The notes beneath the pieces are model-generated. The model did no database searches. It worked only from the letters and a program-made list of their open reading frames with translations, and was not told the DNA's origin. DNA of 64,000 nucleotides from Acidimicrobiia bacterium (lineage in GTDB: Bacteria > Actinomycetota > Acidimicrobiia > Spongiisociales > ZC4RG35): the NCBI GenBank assembly GCA_035513335.1, contig DATKCE010000031.1, forward strand, positions 20,971 through 84,970. The letters run 5' to 3'. Every line of letters starts with the position of its first letter. The first letter of the stretch is position 1. The position numbers were made by a program, and so were the translations under genes. Shown here one piece after another: positions 46,094 through 56,870 of this stretch.

Positions 46094-47746
46094 TCATTCG
46101 CTGCTCCCGGTACGGACATCGGGGGCGCCCATTCGAGCCGCATCGGCGGTGTGGTCGTCGGGTTGTCGCTGCGAGTCGAGCTCGGCCCGGACTCTCGCCT
46201 CATAGTGGACGATCTCACGCTCGGTGGTGTCTTCGTCCCAATGCAGGATCTCGCCCATCACCGCGGCCACGGTGGGCGAGGCGGCGACACCGCGGTGGGT
46301 GGTCTCGATGGAGAGGCGGGTGCGTCGGGTGAGCACGTCGTCAAGGTGGAGCGCCCCTTCGTGGGTGACGGCGTACGCAACTTCGGCCACCAGATAGGGA
46401 GCGTCTCGGACGACACGCTCCCCGTAGTGGGGGTTGGCCGCGATCGATTCGCCGATGTCGGTCTTCAAGCTCCCATATCGGATGTGGATCCGCTCGTCGA
46501 GGGGAGCCGTGGCCCCGACCAGCGGGATGGTGGCGGTGGGCGATGGTGAGAGCTCGCCGTCCAGATAGGGAGCAACGGCATCTACCGCGTCGGACGCCAT
46601 CACCCGGTAGGTAGTGTATTTGCCTCCGGCGACGGAGACCAGACCGTTGCCCCGGTCGATGACAGCGTGCTCCCTGCTCAGCTTCGAGGTCTCATTCGAC
46701 TCTCCCTCGAGCAAGGGCCGGAGACCCGCGTAGACACCGACGACGTCGTCGATCGACAGCGGCCGGCGCAGGGCCGTGTTCACCCAAGAGATCAGATACT
46801 CGATGTCCGAGCGGCTGGCTGCGGGATGGGCCCGGTTCAGCGACCACGGAGTGTCCGTGGTGCCCACGATCCAATGGCCGTCCCACGGGATGACGAACAG
46901 CACGCTGGCCTCGGTCCGTAACAAGATCCCCGTTTCGGAGTCGATCCGGTCACGTGGGATCATCAGGTGGATACCCTTCGAGGCCCGGACATCGTTCCGG
47001 TGCTCACCCACCAGCGCTTCGATGTCGTCGGTCCAGACCCCGGTGGCGTTGACCACCGAGTCGGTCTCGATGTCGACGTCACGGCCCGTTTCCAGATCGC
47101 GCGCCCGAACCGTCCGGATCCGTCCCCCGTCCTCGTCGATGCCGACGACCCGGGTGCTGGTGGCGAGGAGAGCTCCATATGCGGCCGCGGTTCGTGCGAC
47201 CGCCAGCGTGTGCCTGGCGTCGTCGACCACCGAATCCCAATAGAGGACGCCACCGAATGCGTCCAGGCCGGGGGAGATGCGGCCGACGCCTTCCTGGCCG
47301 AGGTGGCGATGCCATGGGAGTGGGTTGTCGGCCAGCCGGGCGAGTATCTCGTACCAGAAGACCCCGGCGCCCACGTAGATCCTCTCCCAGAAGCGATGCT
47401 TCAGCGGATAGATGAACGGGGTGGGGCGTACCAGGTGGGGGCAAAGCTCGTTGAGCATCAGGTTTCGCTCCCGAAGGGCCTCACGGACCAGGCGGAAGTC
47501 GAACTGTTCGAGGTAGCGCAGGCCCCCGTGGAACATCTTCGAGGAGCGGCTGGATGTCCCCGAGGCGTAGTCGCGCTGTTCTACCAGGGCGACGCGCAGA
47601 CCCCTGCTGGCGGCGTCGAGCGCGGCTCCGGTCCCGGTGATTCCGCCACCGACGACGACCACGTCGAAACGCTGCGACGACATCCGGTCGAGGTGTTCGT
47701 TGCGCTGGGGTGCGTTGAGAGCGGAGGGATCGTCAGCGGGGAACAC
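46094..47746 (-). CDS. glpD: FAD-dependent glycerol-3-phosphate dehydrogenase
   Basis: FDVVVVGGGITGTGAALDAASRGLRVALVEQRD dinucleotide fold; GlpD-type C-terminal domain. Confidence 0.9.
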   Translation of the reverse strand: MFPADDPSALNAPQRNEHLDRMSSQRFDVVVVGGGITGTGAALDAASRGLRVALVEQRDYASGTSSRSSKMFHGGLRYLEQFDFRLVREALRERNLMLNELCPHLVRPTPFIYPLKHRFWERIYVGAGVFWYEILARLADNPLPWHRHLGQEGVGRISPGLDAFGGVLYWDSVVDDARHTLAVARTAAAYGALLATSTRVVGIDEDGGRIRTVRARDLETGRDVDIETDSVVNATGVWTDDIEALVGEHRNDVRASKGIHLMIPRDRIDSETGILLRTEASVLFVIPWDGHWIVGTTDTPWSLNRAHPAASRSDIEYLISWVNTALRRPLSIDDVVGVYAGLRPLLEGESNETSKLSREHAVIDRGNGLVSVAGGKYTTYRVMASDAVDAVAPYLDGELSPSPTATIPLVGATAPLDERIHIRYGSLKTDIGESIAANPHYGERVVRDAPYLVAEVAYAVTHEGALHLDDVLTRRTRLSIETTHRGVAASPTVAAVMGEILHWDEDTTEREIVHYEARVRAELDSQRQPDDHTADAARMGAPDVRTGSSE

Positions 47747-47770
47747 CCACCTCAGCTTACGATCGGGATC

Positions 47771-48664
47771 ATGAAGATCGGTGTTCAGCTACCCGAAGTG
47801 GAAAGAGAGATCCGTTGGCCCGAGCTGCGTGATGTCGCTCTCGCCGCGGAGGAATGCGGGTTCGACTCGGTGTGGGTCGGCGACCACCTCCTCTATCGCA
47901 ACCCCGACGACGTGACGCGGGGGCCCTGGGAGGCATGGTCGCTGCTCGCTGCTCTGGCCGAGGCGACCGAGCGGGTGGAACTGGGCCCGCTGGTGGCGGC
48001 CACCTCGTTCCACAACCCGGCAATGATCGCCAAGAAGGCGGCGACGGTCGACGAGATCAGCGGCGGTCGGCTCATCCTCGGACTGGGCGCGGGCTGGAAC
48101 CGGGTCGAGTTCGATGGTTTCGGGTTCCCCTATGACAACAGGGTCTCCCGGTTCGAGGAGGCGTTCACCATCATCAGGACCCTCGTCCGTGAGGGGGCGA
48201 TCGACTTCGAAGGCACTTACTACACCACCCGCGATCTCGAGCTCCTGCCACCGTCGAGATCGGACATGGACATCCTCGTCGGGTCCAACGGTCCCCGAAT
48301 GCTGCGGATCACCATGCCCGAGGCCGACATGTGGAACACCTGGCATGTCGACTACGGCAACCGGGCCCCAGGGCTGACGCCGTTGCTGGAGAGGGTGGAC
48401 CGCGTCTGTCGTGAGGTTGGCCGTGATCCGTCGGATGTGGAGCGGACAGCCGCGGTCTACGTCCAACTGTCACGGGGCATTGGCCGCAGCGCGGGGAGCA
48501 GCGAGAAGCCCGAGTCGGTGCCCATCGCCGGCAGCCATGACCAGATAGCCGCGGCGCTGGCGGAGTTCTCCGGCGCCGGCATCGGGCATCTCCAGGTCGT
48601 GCTGGACCCGATCGACGCCGAGGGGGTGGAGGAGCTGGCCGAGATCGTCGGCCCGATTCGATAG
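47771..48664 (+). CDS. LLM-class (luciferase-like) F420-dependent oxidoreductase
   Basis: FDSVWVGDHLL and LGLGAGW motifs of the LLM family; upstream track-ORF extension rejected. Confidence 0.85.
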   Translation: MKIGVQLPEVEREIRWPELRDVALAAEECGFDSVWVGDHLLYRNPDDVTRGPWEAWSLLAALAEATERVELGPLVAATSFHNPAMIAKKAATVDEISGGRLILGLGAGWNRVEFDGFGFPYDNRVSRFEEAFTIIRTLVREGAIDFEGTYYTTRDLELLPPSRSDMDILVGSNGPRMLRITMPEADMWNTWHVDYGNRAPGLTPLLERVDRVCREVGRDPSDVERTAAVYVQLSRGIGRSAGSSEKPESVPIAGSHDQIAAALAEFSGAGIGHLQVVLDPIDAEGVEELAEIVGPIR

Positions 48665-48675
48665 GGTCAGGAGGT

Positions 48676-49305
48676 ATGAGACTCTCGACCAACAGCTTCG
48701 ACGACGGCGATCCGATCCCGGCCCGATATGCCTTCGCCAAGCCCGACCCCGACTCCAGGGTGACACTGTCCGAGAACGTCAACCCACATCTCGAGTGGAG
48801 CGATATCCCGGAGGGGACCAAGTCGTTTGCGCTAATCGCTCACGATCCCGACGTCCCCAGCAGAGGAGACGACGTCAACCAGCCCGACCGCGAGGTGCCC
48901 GAGGACCTTTCCCGGGTCGACTTCTTCCACTGGGTCCTGGTCGATATCCCGGCGAACAAGAGGTCTATCGCCGAAGGGGAGTTCTGCGACGGGGTGGTGC
49001 CCGGCGGCCAGGATGCCCAGGAGGGCCCCCATGGGACCCGACAGGGCCTCAACGATTTCACGGGCTGGTTCTCAGGAGACGAGGACATGGAGGGGAAGTA
49101 CTACGGCTATGACGGCTGCGCTCCTCCGTGGAACGACTCCATCCCCCACCGCTACGTGTTCACGGTCTACGCCCTCGACGTAGAGAAAGTGAACGTCGAT
49201 GGTGACTTCACCGGCCACGACGTCAGGGAGGCTATCGAGGGCCACGTCCTGGCTGAGGCCTCGATCACCGGCACCTACACCCAGAACCCCCGCCTCACCG
49301 ACTGA
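48676..49305 (+). CDS. YbhB/YbcL-family Raf kinase inhibitor-like (PEBP) protein
   Basis: PEBP signature (LIAHDPDVPS ... FHWVLVDIP ... HRYVFTVYALD). Confidence 0.85.
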   Translation: MRLSTNSFDDGDPIPARYAFAKPDPDSRVTLSENVNPHLEWSDIPEGTKSFALIAHDPDVPSRGDDVNQPDREVPEDLSRVDFFHWVLVDIPANKRSIAEGEFCDGVVPGGQDAQEGPHGTRQGLNDFTGWFSGDEDMEGKYYGYDGCAPPWNDSIPHRYVFTVYALDVEKVNVDGDFTGHDVREAIEGHVLAEASITGTYTQNPRLTD

Positions 49306-49375
49306 CCGAAACCGTTCTGTGAACGTGTCGCGTGAATATGTCTCGCGCAGCATTCACAGAACGGGTTCCGGACCG

Positions 49376-49885
49376 TCACTCTTCGGTGATGGTCACCTTG
49401 TTGATCACGGCGTCCTCGCGGGGGCGGTCGGAGGCGTCGGTATCGGAGGTGGCAATCGAGTCGACCACGTCCATCCCCGAGGTCACCTTGCCGAAGATCG
49501 TGTAGCTGTGGGGGAGCCCGGTGTCCTGGTGCATGATGAAGAACTGGCTGCCGTTGGTGTTCGGCCCGGCGTTGGCCATCGCCACGGTCCCACGGGAGTA
49601 GTCTCCCGGCCCCTCGGTTTCGTCACGGAAGCGGTATCCGGGGCCGCCGCGGCCGGTGCCGGTGGGGTCACCGCCCTGGATCATGAAGTTCTCGATCACC
49701 CGATGGAACACGACCCCGTCGTAGAACCCGTCGTGGGCCAGAAAAACGAAGTTGTTGACGGTCAGGGGAGACCGCTGGGGGTCGAACTCGATGACGACCT
49801 CACCGTGGTTGGTGTCGAGGGTCGCCGAGTAGGACTTGGCGAGATCGATGGTCATGTCGGGCGCGGATTCGTACTGCTTGGTCAT
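49376..49885 (-). CDS. peptidyl-prolyl cis-trans isomerase, cyclophilin type
   Basis: cyclophilin motifs FHRVIENFMIQGGDP, GTVAMANAGPNTNGSQFFI. Confidence 0.9.
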   Translation of the reverse strand: MTKQYESAPDMTIDLAKSYSATLDTNHGEVVIEFDPQRSPLTVNNFVFLAHDGFYDGVVFHRVIENFMIQGGDPTGTGRGGPGYRFRDETEGPGDYSRGTVAMANAGPNTNGSQFFIMHQDTGLPHSYTIFGKVTSGMDVVDSIATSDTDASDRPREDAVINKVTITEE

Positions 49886-49953
49886 GGGTTCCTTTTGTCG
49901 ACGATGATCGGATTGCCGTCGTATCCGACCTGGCGTGCCCCGGGTAGGTCAGG

Positions 49954-50532
49954 CTATCCGAAGTATGCGGGCTGGTTTCCCTCGGCCCATTTGATCGAGC
50001 ATCCCATCGAGGGGTATTGCTGGTCGGGGACCGGCTCGCCGGCGAGGACAGCGTCCATCGCCGCACGCAGCTCCCTGCCGGTCACCGGGACTCCCGAGTC
50101 GGGCCGCGACTCGTCCATCCGTCCCCGGTACACGAGCTTGCGGTCCGGCCCGAACAGAAAGAAGTCAGGGGTGCACATCGCGGTGTACGCCGCGGCGACA
50201 TCCTGGGTCTCGTCGAACAGGTAGGGGAACACATAGCCGTGGGTCTCGGCCTCCTCCTTCATCAGCTCCGGCGAGTCGCCCGGGGAGATCTCCGGGTCGT
50301 TGGAGCAGATCGCCACGATGCCGATTCCGGAGTCTTCGTAGTCCCGGCCGATTCGTGCCAGCTCGGGGCGGACGTGCTTCACATAGGGGCAGTGGTTGCA
50401 GATGAACATCACCAGCACCCCCGTCTCGTCCGCGTAGTCGGCGAGAGACACCGTCCTTCCGGTCACCACGTCGGGGAGTGAGAAGTCGGGCGCCTCGGTG
50501 CCGAGCTCGAGCATTGTCGATGTAACAGCCAT
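49954..50532 (-). CDS. thioredoxin-fold thiol-disulfide oxidoreductase / peroxiredoxin-like protein
   Basis: APDFSLPD ... VLVMFICNHCPYV (CxxC-type active site) in a Trx fold. Confidence 0.8.
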   Translation of the reverse strand: MAVTSTMLELGTEAPDFSLPDVVTGRTVSLADYADETGVLVMFICNHCPYVKHVRPELARIGRDYEDSGIGIVAICSNDPEISPGDSPELMKEEAETHGYVFPYLFDETQDVAAAYTAMCTPDFFLFGPDRKLVYRGRMDESRPDSGVPVTGRELRAAMDAVLAGEPVPDQQYPSMGCSIKWAEGNQPAYFG

Positions 50533-50622
50533 GGTCCGAGTCTACGAGCTGCTCAGAGTTCCGAGGGCCCCAGGTGTAGGTGCTCCTCCGCTTCCAGGGC
50601 GTCTGCCGGTAACCTTGTCGAC

Positions 50623-51516
50623 GTGACCGCAGCACCAAACGCACCGTTCGGCCTCCTGGCCACGGCGATGGTGACCCCTTTCGACGACTCCGGGGAAGTG
50701 GACCACCAGCGAGCCCATGATCTCGCCCGTCACCTCACCGAGCACGGCACCGACACCCTCGTAGTCGCCGGCACCACCGGGGAATCACCCACGCTCAGCG
50801 ACCAGGAGAAGGTCGCCCTCTTCAAGACGGTCGTCGATGCCGTCGGGGAGAAACAGACCAAGGTCGTAGCCGGCACCGGGACCTACGACACGGCCCATTC
50901 CGTGGAGTTGACCGAGCAGGCGGCAGAGATCGGCGTCGACGGGATCCTCGCCGTGACCCCGTATTACAACAAGCCGTCGCAGGGCGGTCTCGTCGCCCAC
51001 TTCGCCGCGATCGCCGACGTCGGTATCCCCGTCATGCTCTACAACATCCCTGGCCGAACCAGTCGTATCATCGAAGTCGACACGCTGGTCGAGTTGGCCG
51101 CACATCCCGACATCGTGGCGGTCAAAGACGCGGTCATGGATCTCGAGTTCACCTCCTCCACCGTGAACCTGGTACCCGGCCTCGCCGTGTACTCGGGGCA
51201 GGACAGCCTCACGCTGCCGATGCTCTCCGTGGGAGCGGTGGGTGTGGTCTCGGTGATCTCTCATCTCGCTGGGCCGACGGTCAAGGCCATGCTCAAGGCG
51301 GCGGGCGCCGGCGAATACGAGCGGGCGCGCCATCTCCATCACCAGCTCCTCCCGCTCTGCTACGCCTGCTTCCTCGAGCCGAACCCGTCGCCGGTCAAGG
51401 GGGCTCTGAGCAGGTTCTGGGAGCCGGTGGGAGACGTGCGTCTCCCGCTGGTGGCAGCCTCTGAGGACACCCTCGCCGAGGTGGAGAAGGCAATGGGGGC
51501 GATTCAGCCCTCGTGA
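50623..51516 (+). CDS. dapA: 4-hydroxy-tetrahydrodipicolinate synthase
   Basis: MVTPF, GTTGES and YNIPGRT motifs; Schiff-base Lys region VAVKDA. Confidence 0.9.
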   Translation: MTAAPNAPFGLLATAMVTPFDDSGEVDHQRAHDLARHLTEHGTDTLVVAGTTGESPTLSDQEKVALFKTVVDAVGEKQTKVVAGTGTYDTAHSVELTEQAAEIGVDGILAVTPYYNKPSQGGLVAHFAAIADVGIPVMLYNIPGRTSRIIEVDTLVELAAHPDIVAVKDAVMDLEFTSSTVNLVPGLAVYSGQDSLTLPMLSVGAVGVVSVISHLAGPTVKAMLKAAGAGEYERARHLHHQLLPLCYACFLEPNPSPVKGALSRFWEPVGDVRLPLVAASEDTLAEVEKAMGAIQPS

Positions 51517-53147
51517 GCGTCTCCGTCACGTTCCTGGGTGGGCTCGGGGAGATCGGGCGCAACTGCGCCGCCCTCGAGGTCGAGGGGAAGATCGCCCTCA
51601 TCGATGTCGGTCTCATGTTCCCCGAGGAGGACATGCTCGGGGTCGACCTGGTGTTCCCCGACTGGTCGTGGCTGGTGGAGCGTGAGAAAGACGTGTCGCT
51701 CGTCGTCCTGACCCACGGCCACGAGGACCACATGGGGGCCCTCGCCTACTTCTTGCGCGACATACAGGCACCGGTCTACGGGACCGAGTTGAGCCTCAAG
51801 ATGGCCGAAGGGCGGGTCGAGGAGGTCGGAGTCGAGGCCGACCTGCGCACGGTTCAGCAGAAGAAGTGGGTGAGCCATGGGCCGTTCAAGTTCATGCTCA
51901 TACCCGTGAGCCACTCGGTCCCCGACGCCTCGGCAATCGCTTTCGAGACGCCCGAAGGGGTTGTGCTCCACTCCGGAGACTTCAAGCTCGATCCGACACC
52001 CATCGATGGGCGTCCGACCGACCTGCCTGCTTTCGCCTCTCTCGGCAATCGGGGCGTGCGGCTCTTGCTCGGCGACTCCACCAACGCCGAGAAGGAGGGG
52101 TTCGAGCCTTCCGAGAGCTCCGTTGGGCAACCCATCGCCGACGTGATCCGGGATGCTCCCGGTCGGGTCATCGCCGCCTGCTTCTCGTCGCATATGCACC
52201 GCGTGCAGCAGATCGCCGATGCCGGTGTCGCCGCGGGCCGGAAGATCTCATTCTTCGGCAGGTCGATGCACCGCTACACGACTCTGGCCACCGAGCTCGA
52301 CATCCTCCATGTGCCGAAGGGCTCCGTCGTCGACGTCAAGGAGATGTCCGGTTTTCAACCACACCAGCAGCTGCTGATCACCACCGGTTCCCAAGGAGAG
52401 CCGTTCGCCGCACTATCTCTGATGTCACAGGGCCGGCACAAGTTCGTGGAGCTGGGGGAGGACGACACGGTCCTCATCTCCGCCAAGCCGATCCCCGGGA
52501 ACGAGACCGCGGTGTCGAAGGTGATATCGAATCTGATGCGACGCGGCGCCCGGGTGGTGCACGGCCGCAACTCTCACGTCCACGTCTCGGGGCATGCCGC
52601 CCGGGACGAGCTGCTCACCTTCCTCAACCTGGTGAGGCCGAAGGCGTTCGTCCCGGTCCATGGGGAGTACCGCCACCTCGCCGCCCACGCCGATCTCGCC
52701 CGGACGATGGGGGTCCCGCAAGTGGACGTTCTCGAGGACGGTGACCGGGTCACCGTCGACGGTGACCAGACCTACGTCGAGCGGCGGGCCGTACCCGCCG
52801 GCTACGTCTACCTGGACGGCTCCGCCGTGGGCGATGTCCAGGGAGGGGTGCTTCGTGACCGGTCCCACCTCGCCGACGAAGGCGTGGTGGTGGTGACTGT
52901 TGGCATCGACCACGACAACGGTGACATCGTCTGGGGGCCGGACCTCGACAGCCATGGGTTGATGGACGACCCCAGCGCGGTCCTGGACAAGGCCGCCGAC
53001 GCGGTCCGCTCGGCGATCGAGTCCCACGACTCGGGACGGACCGACCACGCCGAGATGCAGAAGGCGGTCCGCCAGGCGGTTGGCAAGGTGATCCGGGCGG
53101 AGACCGCTCGTCGCCCGGTCATCCTCCCCATCGTCATGGAAGTCTGA
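51513..53147 (+). CDS. rnj: ribonuclease J
   Basis: MBL/beta-CASP with LTHGHEDHMGAL. GTG start overlaps the dapA stop (GTGA). Confidence 0.9.
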   Translation: MSVSVTFLGGLGEIGRNCAALEVEGKIALIDVGLMFPEEDMLGVDLVFPDWSWLVEREKDVSLVVLTHGHEDHMGALAYFLRDIQAPVYGTELSLKMAEGRVEEVGVEADLRTVQQKKWVSHGPFKFMLIPVSHSVPDASAIAFETPEGVVLHSGDFKLDPTPIDGRPTDLPAFASLGNRGVRLLLGDSTNAEKEGFEPSESSVGQPIADVIRDAPGRVIAACFSSHMHRVQQIADAGVAAGRKISFFGRSMHRYTTLATELDILHVPKGSVVDVKEMSGFQPHQQLLITTGSQGEPFAALSLMSQGRHKFVELGEDDTVLISAKPIPGNETAVSKVISNLMRRGARVVHGRNSHVHVSGHAARDELLTFLNLVRPKAFVPVHGEYRHLAAHADLARTMGVPQVDVLEDGDRVTVDGDQTYVERRAVPAGYVYLDGSAVGDVQGGVLRDRSHLADEGVVVVTVGIDHDNGDIVWGPDLDSHGLMDDPSAVLDKAADAVRSAIESHDSGRTDHAEMQKAVRQAVGKVIRAETARRPVILPIVMEV

Positions 53148-53255
53148 CACCTCACCGCATACTCAGGGCGCCAGACTTCGCCGAGCGGGGCCTGAAACCC
53201 TGGGTTCGCTCAATTCACGGCAATTGGCGATTAGGTGGGTATTGTTTTCTGTCAC

Positions 53256-55550
53256 ATGCCAACCCGGACATCCACCCGCAAGGGCTCCGGGCGGAGACGG
53301 GTGTCCTCGAAGAAGAACAAGAAGCCTCAGACGAAGTCCCTCTCGCAGACGCTGGCTGCGGTGCGCGACTCGGTCAGGAACACACTCGGTCGTCAGACCG
53401 ACGACGTCTGGGGTCTCTTACTACTAGTCCTCGCCATCCTGGTGACCCTGGCCTTCTTTGGTCTCGCAGGGCCGGTCGGGGAGGGATTCGAGCGAGGGTC
53501 CCGCTTCCTCTTCGGGGTATGGCGCTACGCCCTCCCGGTCGCGCTGGCAGGGGTCGGCATCGCTTTGATCGTCGGCAAACCGCGGGACGGAGCGCGCAAG
53601 CTGGTCTTCGGTGGCATCACCACGTTCATAGGCACCCTCGCCCTCTTCCACCTCCTCACCGGAGCCGTGGCCTTCCGCTCCTCCCTGGAGCTGGTCCAGG
53701 AGCGTGGAGGGGCCGTCGGCTCTCTGATCGCCTTCCCGATGCGAAGGGTCCTGGGCCACTGGGGTGCCTTCGTGGTGCTCGCCTCCTCGATCGGCATGGG
53801 GGTGCTGATCATGACCCAGACTTCGGTGAGGGAGCTGGCCAACGGCATCGCCGACCTGTGGAGGAACCTGCGCCAGCTCGCCCGTGAGGTCATCGCCGGC
53901 GAGCAGGACGAGCGCGGAGCCCACCTCGCCCGTCCGGTCCAGATCGTCGAGCCGGTCCCGCGGGGGAAGCACCAGCGGCCCGTCGACCAGAGGCCACCCA
54001 AGAAGGAGAGGGGCGAGGCGGAGCCGGTGGCGCCGATCGAGAAGGCCCCCGAGCCCGAGCCGGTGCCGGTGACGCTGGATCTGACCAAGAGCGACTACGA
54101 GCTGCCACCACTGTCGCTCCTCGACGGAGGCACCGGCGGAGAGGTGAACAAGCGGTCCCTGGAGGAGACGGCCCGCCAGCTCGAAGACACCCTGCTCCAA
54201 CACGGTGTCGACGCCCAGCTCACCAAGATCGTGCCCGGCCCCACCGTGACCCGCTACGAGATCGAGCTCGCTCCGGGAGTGAAGGTCAATCGGGTATCCA
54301 ACCTCTCCCACGACATCGCCTACGCGCTGGCCACCCCCGATGTGAGGCTCCTGGTCCCCATCCCCGGCAAGTCGGCCATCGGGGTCGAAGTGCCCAACGT
54401 GAAACGACGCCTGGTCGCCCTCGGCGACATCCTCTCCGCCCCGGAGGCGGCCAAGCCCGCCCATCCCCTCACTGTGGGTCTGGGGATGGACATCTCGGGC
54501 CAACCCAGGCTGCTCAACCTCTCCGAGCTGCCCCACCTCCTCATCGCCGGCGCCACCGGCGCCGGGAAGTCGTCCTGTATCAACTCGATCGTGACCTCAC
54601 TGCTGATGCGGACCCACCCCGACGATGTCAGGGTGATCATGGTCGACCCCAAGCGAGTCGAACTCGGCCAGTACAACGGTGTCCCTCACCTACTCACCCG
54701 GGTCATCACCAACCCCAAGAAGGCCAACGAGGCGCTGAAGTGGGCGGTGGCCGAGATGGACCGCCGCTACGACCTGCTCGCCGACGGAGGGGTGCGGGAC
54801 ATCGAGGGCTACCGGGAGAAGCTAGACGTCGGTGGCCTCGATCCTGAGGGCTTCGACCGCTTCCCCTACGTCGTGGTGATCATCGACGAGCTCAACGATT
54901 TGATGATGGTGGCCGGGCGCGAGGTGGAGGAGTCGATCGTCCGCATCGCCCAGATGGCACGCGCCGTGGGCATTCATCTCGTCATCGCCACCCAGCGTCC
55001 TTCGGTTGATGTCATCACCGGCGTCATCAAGGCCAACGTCCCCAGCCGCCTGGCCTTCAGCGTCGCCTCTCAGACCGACAGTCGTGTCATCATCGACGGG
55101 GCCGGCGCCGAGAAGCTGGTGGGCATGGGCGACATGTTGGTGGTCACAGCCAAGGAGCCGAGACCGCAGCGCATCCAGGGCGCCTGGGTCCGCGAGACCG
55201 AGGTGCACGCCGTGGTCGACTGGGTGAAGAAACAGCGTGAGGCTCGATATCAGGACCAGCAGGTGCTCGAGGCCGCGGCGGCCGCGGCCGCCTCCAGGGC
55301 CGAGGAGGAGGACGACGAAGACGCCGACCTGATCCGACAGGCGATGGAGCTGGTGGTGCGGTCTGAGCTCGGCTCGACCTCCATGCTGCAGCGCAAGCTG
55401 AGGATCGGGTTCGCCCGAGCCGGCAGGGTGATGGACTCCCTGGAGCGGATGGGTGTCGTCGGACCGTCGGTGGGGAGCAAGGCGCGTGACGTCCTGATGA
55501 CGGTCGAGGAGCTCGAAGGGGTGCTCGAGGCCGAATCGGCCGGTGTGTGA
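53256..55550 (+). CDS. ftsK: DNA translocase FtsK
   Basis: N-terminal TM helices, Pro/Glu-rich linker, motor domain with Walker A GATGAGKS, and a C-terminal gamma winged helix. Confidence 0.9.
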   Translation: MPTRTSTRKGSGRRRVSSKKNKKPQTKSLSQTLAAVRDSVRNTLGRQTDDVWGLLLLVLAILVTLAFFGLAGPVGEGFERGSRFLFGVWRYALPVALAGVGIALIVGKPRDGARKLVFGGITTFIGTLALFHLLTGAVAFRSSLELVQERGGAVGSLIAFPMRRVLGHWGAFVVLASSIGMGVLIMTQTSVRELANGIADLWRNLRQLAREVIAGEQDERGAHLARPVQIVEPVPRGKHQRPVDQRPPKKERGEAEPVAPIEKAPEPEPVPVTLDLTKSDYELPPLSLLDGGTGGEVNKRSLEETARQLEDTLLQHGVDAQLTKIVPGPTVTRYEIELAPGVKVNRVSNLSHDIAYALATPDVRLLVPIPGKSAIGVEVPNVKRRLVALGDILSAPEAAKPAHPLTVGLGMDISGQPRLLNLSELPHLLIAGATGAGKSSCINSIVTSLLMRTHPDDVRVIMVDPKRVELGQYNGVPHLLTRVITNPKKANEALKWAVAEMDRRYDLLADGGVRDIEGYREKLDVGGLDPEGFDRFPYVVVIIDELNDLMMVAGREVEESIVRIAQMARAVGIHLVIATQRPSVDVITGVIKANVPSRLAFSVASQTDSRVIIDGAGAEKLVGMGDMLVVTAKEPRPQRIQGAWVRETEVHAVVDWVKKQREARYQDQQVLEAAAAAAASRAEEEDDEDADLIRQAMELVVRSELGSTSMLQRKLRIGFARAGRVMDSLERMGVVGPSVGSKARDVLMTVEELEGVLEAESAGV

Positions 55551-55621
55551 GGGCGTATCGGTGAGCCCGTGACGCGTTTAAGCTCGCGTCCTCAGGGGCT
55601 GATCACCACAAGGAGAGAAGC

Positions 55622-56788
55622 GTGAGCTCACGCAAGTCGGGGCTTGGTCGCGGGCTGGACGCTCTGATTCCGACCGCCGGGCCGACATCGGGCGCCGTGA
55701 CACGGCAGACTCGAGAGAATGACAGGCCAGCGATGTTCGGTCTGATCAATCCCGACGGGTCGGTTCGGGACCGGCTTCCGATAACCGTCGACGAGATGAA
55801 AGCGCTCTACGCCGACATGGTCGAGGCGCGCACCTTCGACTCCAAGTCGATGGCGATGCAACGCCAGGGCCGTCTCGCCACCTATGCCCCGTTCCGGGGC
55901 CAGGAAGCAGCCCAGGTGGGTGCCGCGGCGGCGCTAGGCGACGGCGATTGGGTCGCCGCCACCTATCGGGACGCCGCCCTCAACTGGCGGGCCGGTTATC
56001 CGTGGGAGTTGCTGATCCTCGGTCGCACCGGAGACGAACGTGGGGGAGAGCTCCCCGATGGCGTCAACGTCCTTCCCCCTTCGATAACTGTCGGGGGCCA
56101 CATGATCCACGCCGTGGGGCTGGCATGGGCGGAGAAACTGTCCAACGGCGACCGCATCGCTCTCACCTCCTTCGGGGACGGGGCCACGTCGGAAGGCGAC
56201 TTCCACGAGGCGATGAACTTCGCCGCCGTCTACCAGACCCCGACCGTTTTCTTCTGTCAGAACAATGGGTACGCCATCTCGTACCCAATCTCGGAACAGA
56301 CCCGGTCCGAGTCGATCGCGATCAAGGCCGAGGCATACGGCATGCCCGGGATCCGAGTGGATGGCAACGACGTGATCGCGGTTCTCGTCGCGGTCCGTGA
56401 GGCGGCGGCTCTTGCCCGCTCCGGGGAGGGGCCGAGTCTCATCGAGGCGGTCACCTATCGGCTGGGCCCACATACGACCGCGGACGACCCCACCCGCTAC
56501 CGCGACCAGGAGGAGACGGACGCGTGGGAAGAGAGAGACCCGCTGGTCAGGGTGAGGAGACTGTTGGAGCAGCAGGGGGCGTGGTCGGAAGAGTGGCAGG
56601 CCCAACTGGAGCAACAGGCGTCGCAGCGGATCGAGAGTGCGGTCGAGTGGGCGGAGTCGGTCCCGCCTCCCACGTTCGAAGAGATGCTGAGCCGTGTGTT
56701 CGCCGAGCCGACCCAGCCTCTACGACAACAGCTCCGTGAGGGTGGCGACGGAGGGGGCAGCGGAGGGGGCGAGGTGTCGCGTGCCTGA
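55622..56788 (+). CDS. pdhA: 2-oxoacid dehydrogenase E1 component alpha subunit (TPP-dependent; PdhA/BkdA type)
   Basis: TPP motif GDGATSEGDFHEAMNFAAV ... FFCQNNGYAIS; RBS AGGAGAG upstream. Confidence 0.85.
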   Translation: MSSRKSGLGRGLDALIPTAGPTSGAVTRQTRENDRPAMFGLINPDGSVRDRLPITVDEMKALYADMVEARTFDSKSMAMQRQGRLATYAPFRGQEAAQVGAAAALGDGDWVAATYRDAALNWRAGYPWELLILGRTGDERGGELPDGVNVLPPSITVGGHMIHAVGLAWAEKLSNGDRIALTSFGDGATSEGDFHEAMNFAAVYQTPTVFFCQNNGYAISYPISEQTRSESIAIKAEAYGMPGIRVDGNDVIAVLVAVREAAALARSGEGPSLIEAVTYRLGPHTTADDPTRYRDQEETDAWEERDPLVRVRRLLEQQGAWSEEWQAQLEQQASQRIESAVEWAESVPPPTFEEMLSRVFAEPTQPLRQQLREGGDGGGSGGGEVSRA

Positions 56789-56806
56789 GGTCAACCTCGC
56801 CCAGGC
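56768..56806. repeat. 39-bp exact direct repeat, copy 1 (spans the pdhA stop codon)
   Basis: GGCGAGGTGTCGCGTGCCTGAGGTCAACCTCGCCCAGGC, identical to 56871..56909. Confidence 0.8.
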
Positions 56807-56870
56807 TGTGAGAATTGAGGGGGGGCGACCCCCCTCGGCCCCCCCGCTCGCGATGGCCGCTCGAGTCGCT

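Noticed and set aside
53148-53255. rnj-ftsK intergenic region as a small RNA
   Set aside because: No stable helices or terminator seen. It is likely just the ftsK promoter and leader, with slightly lower GC.
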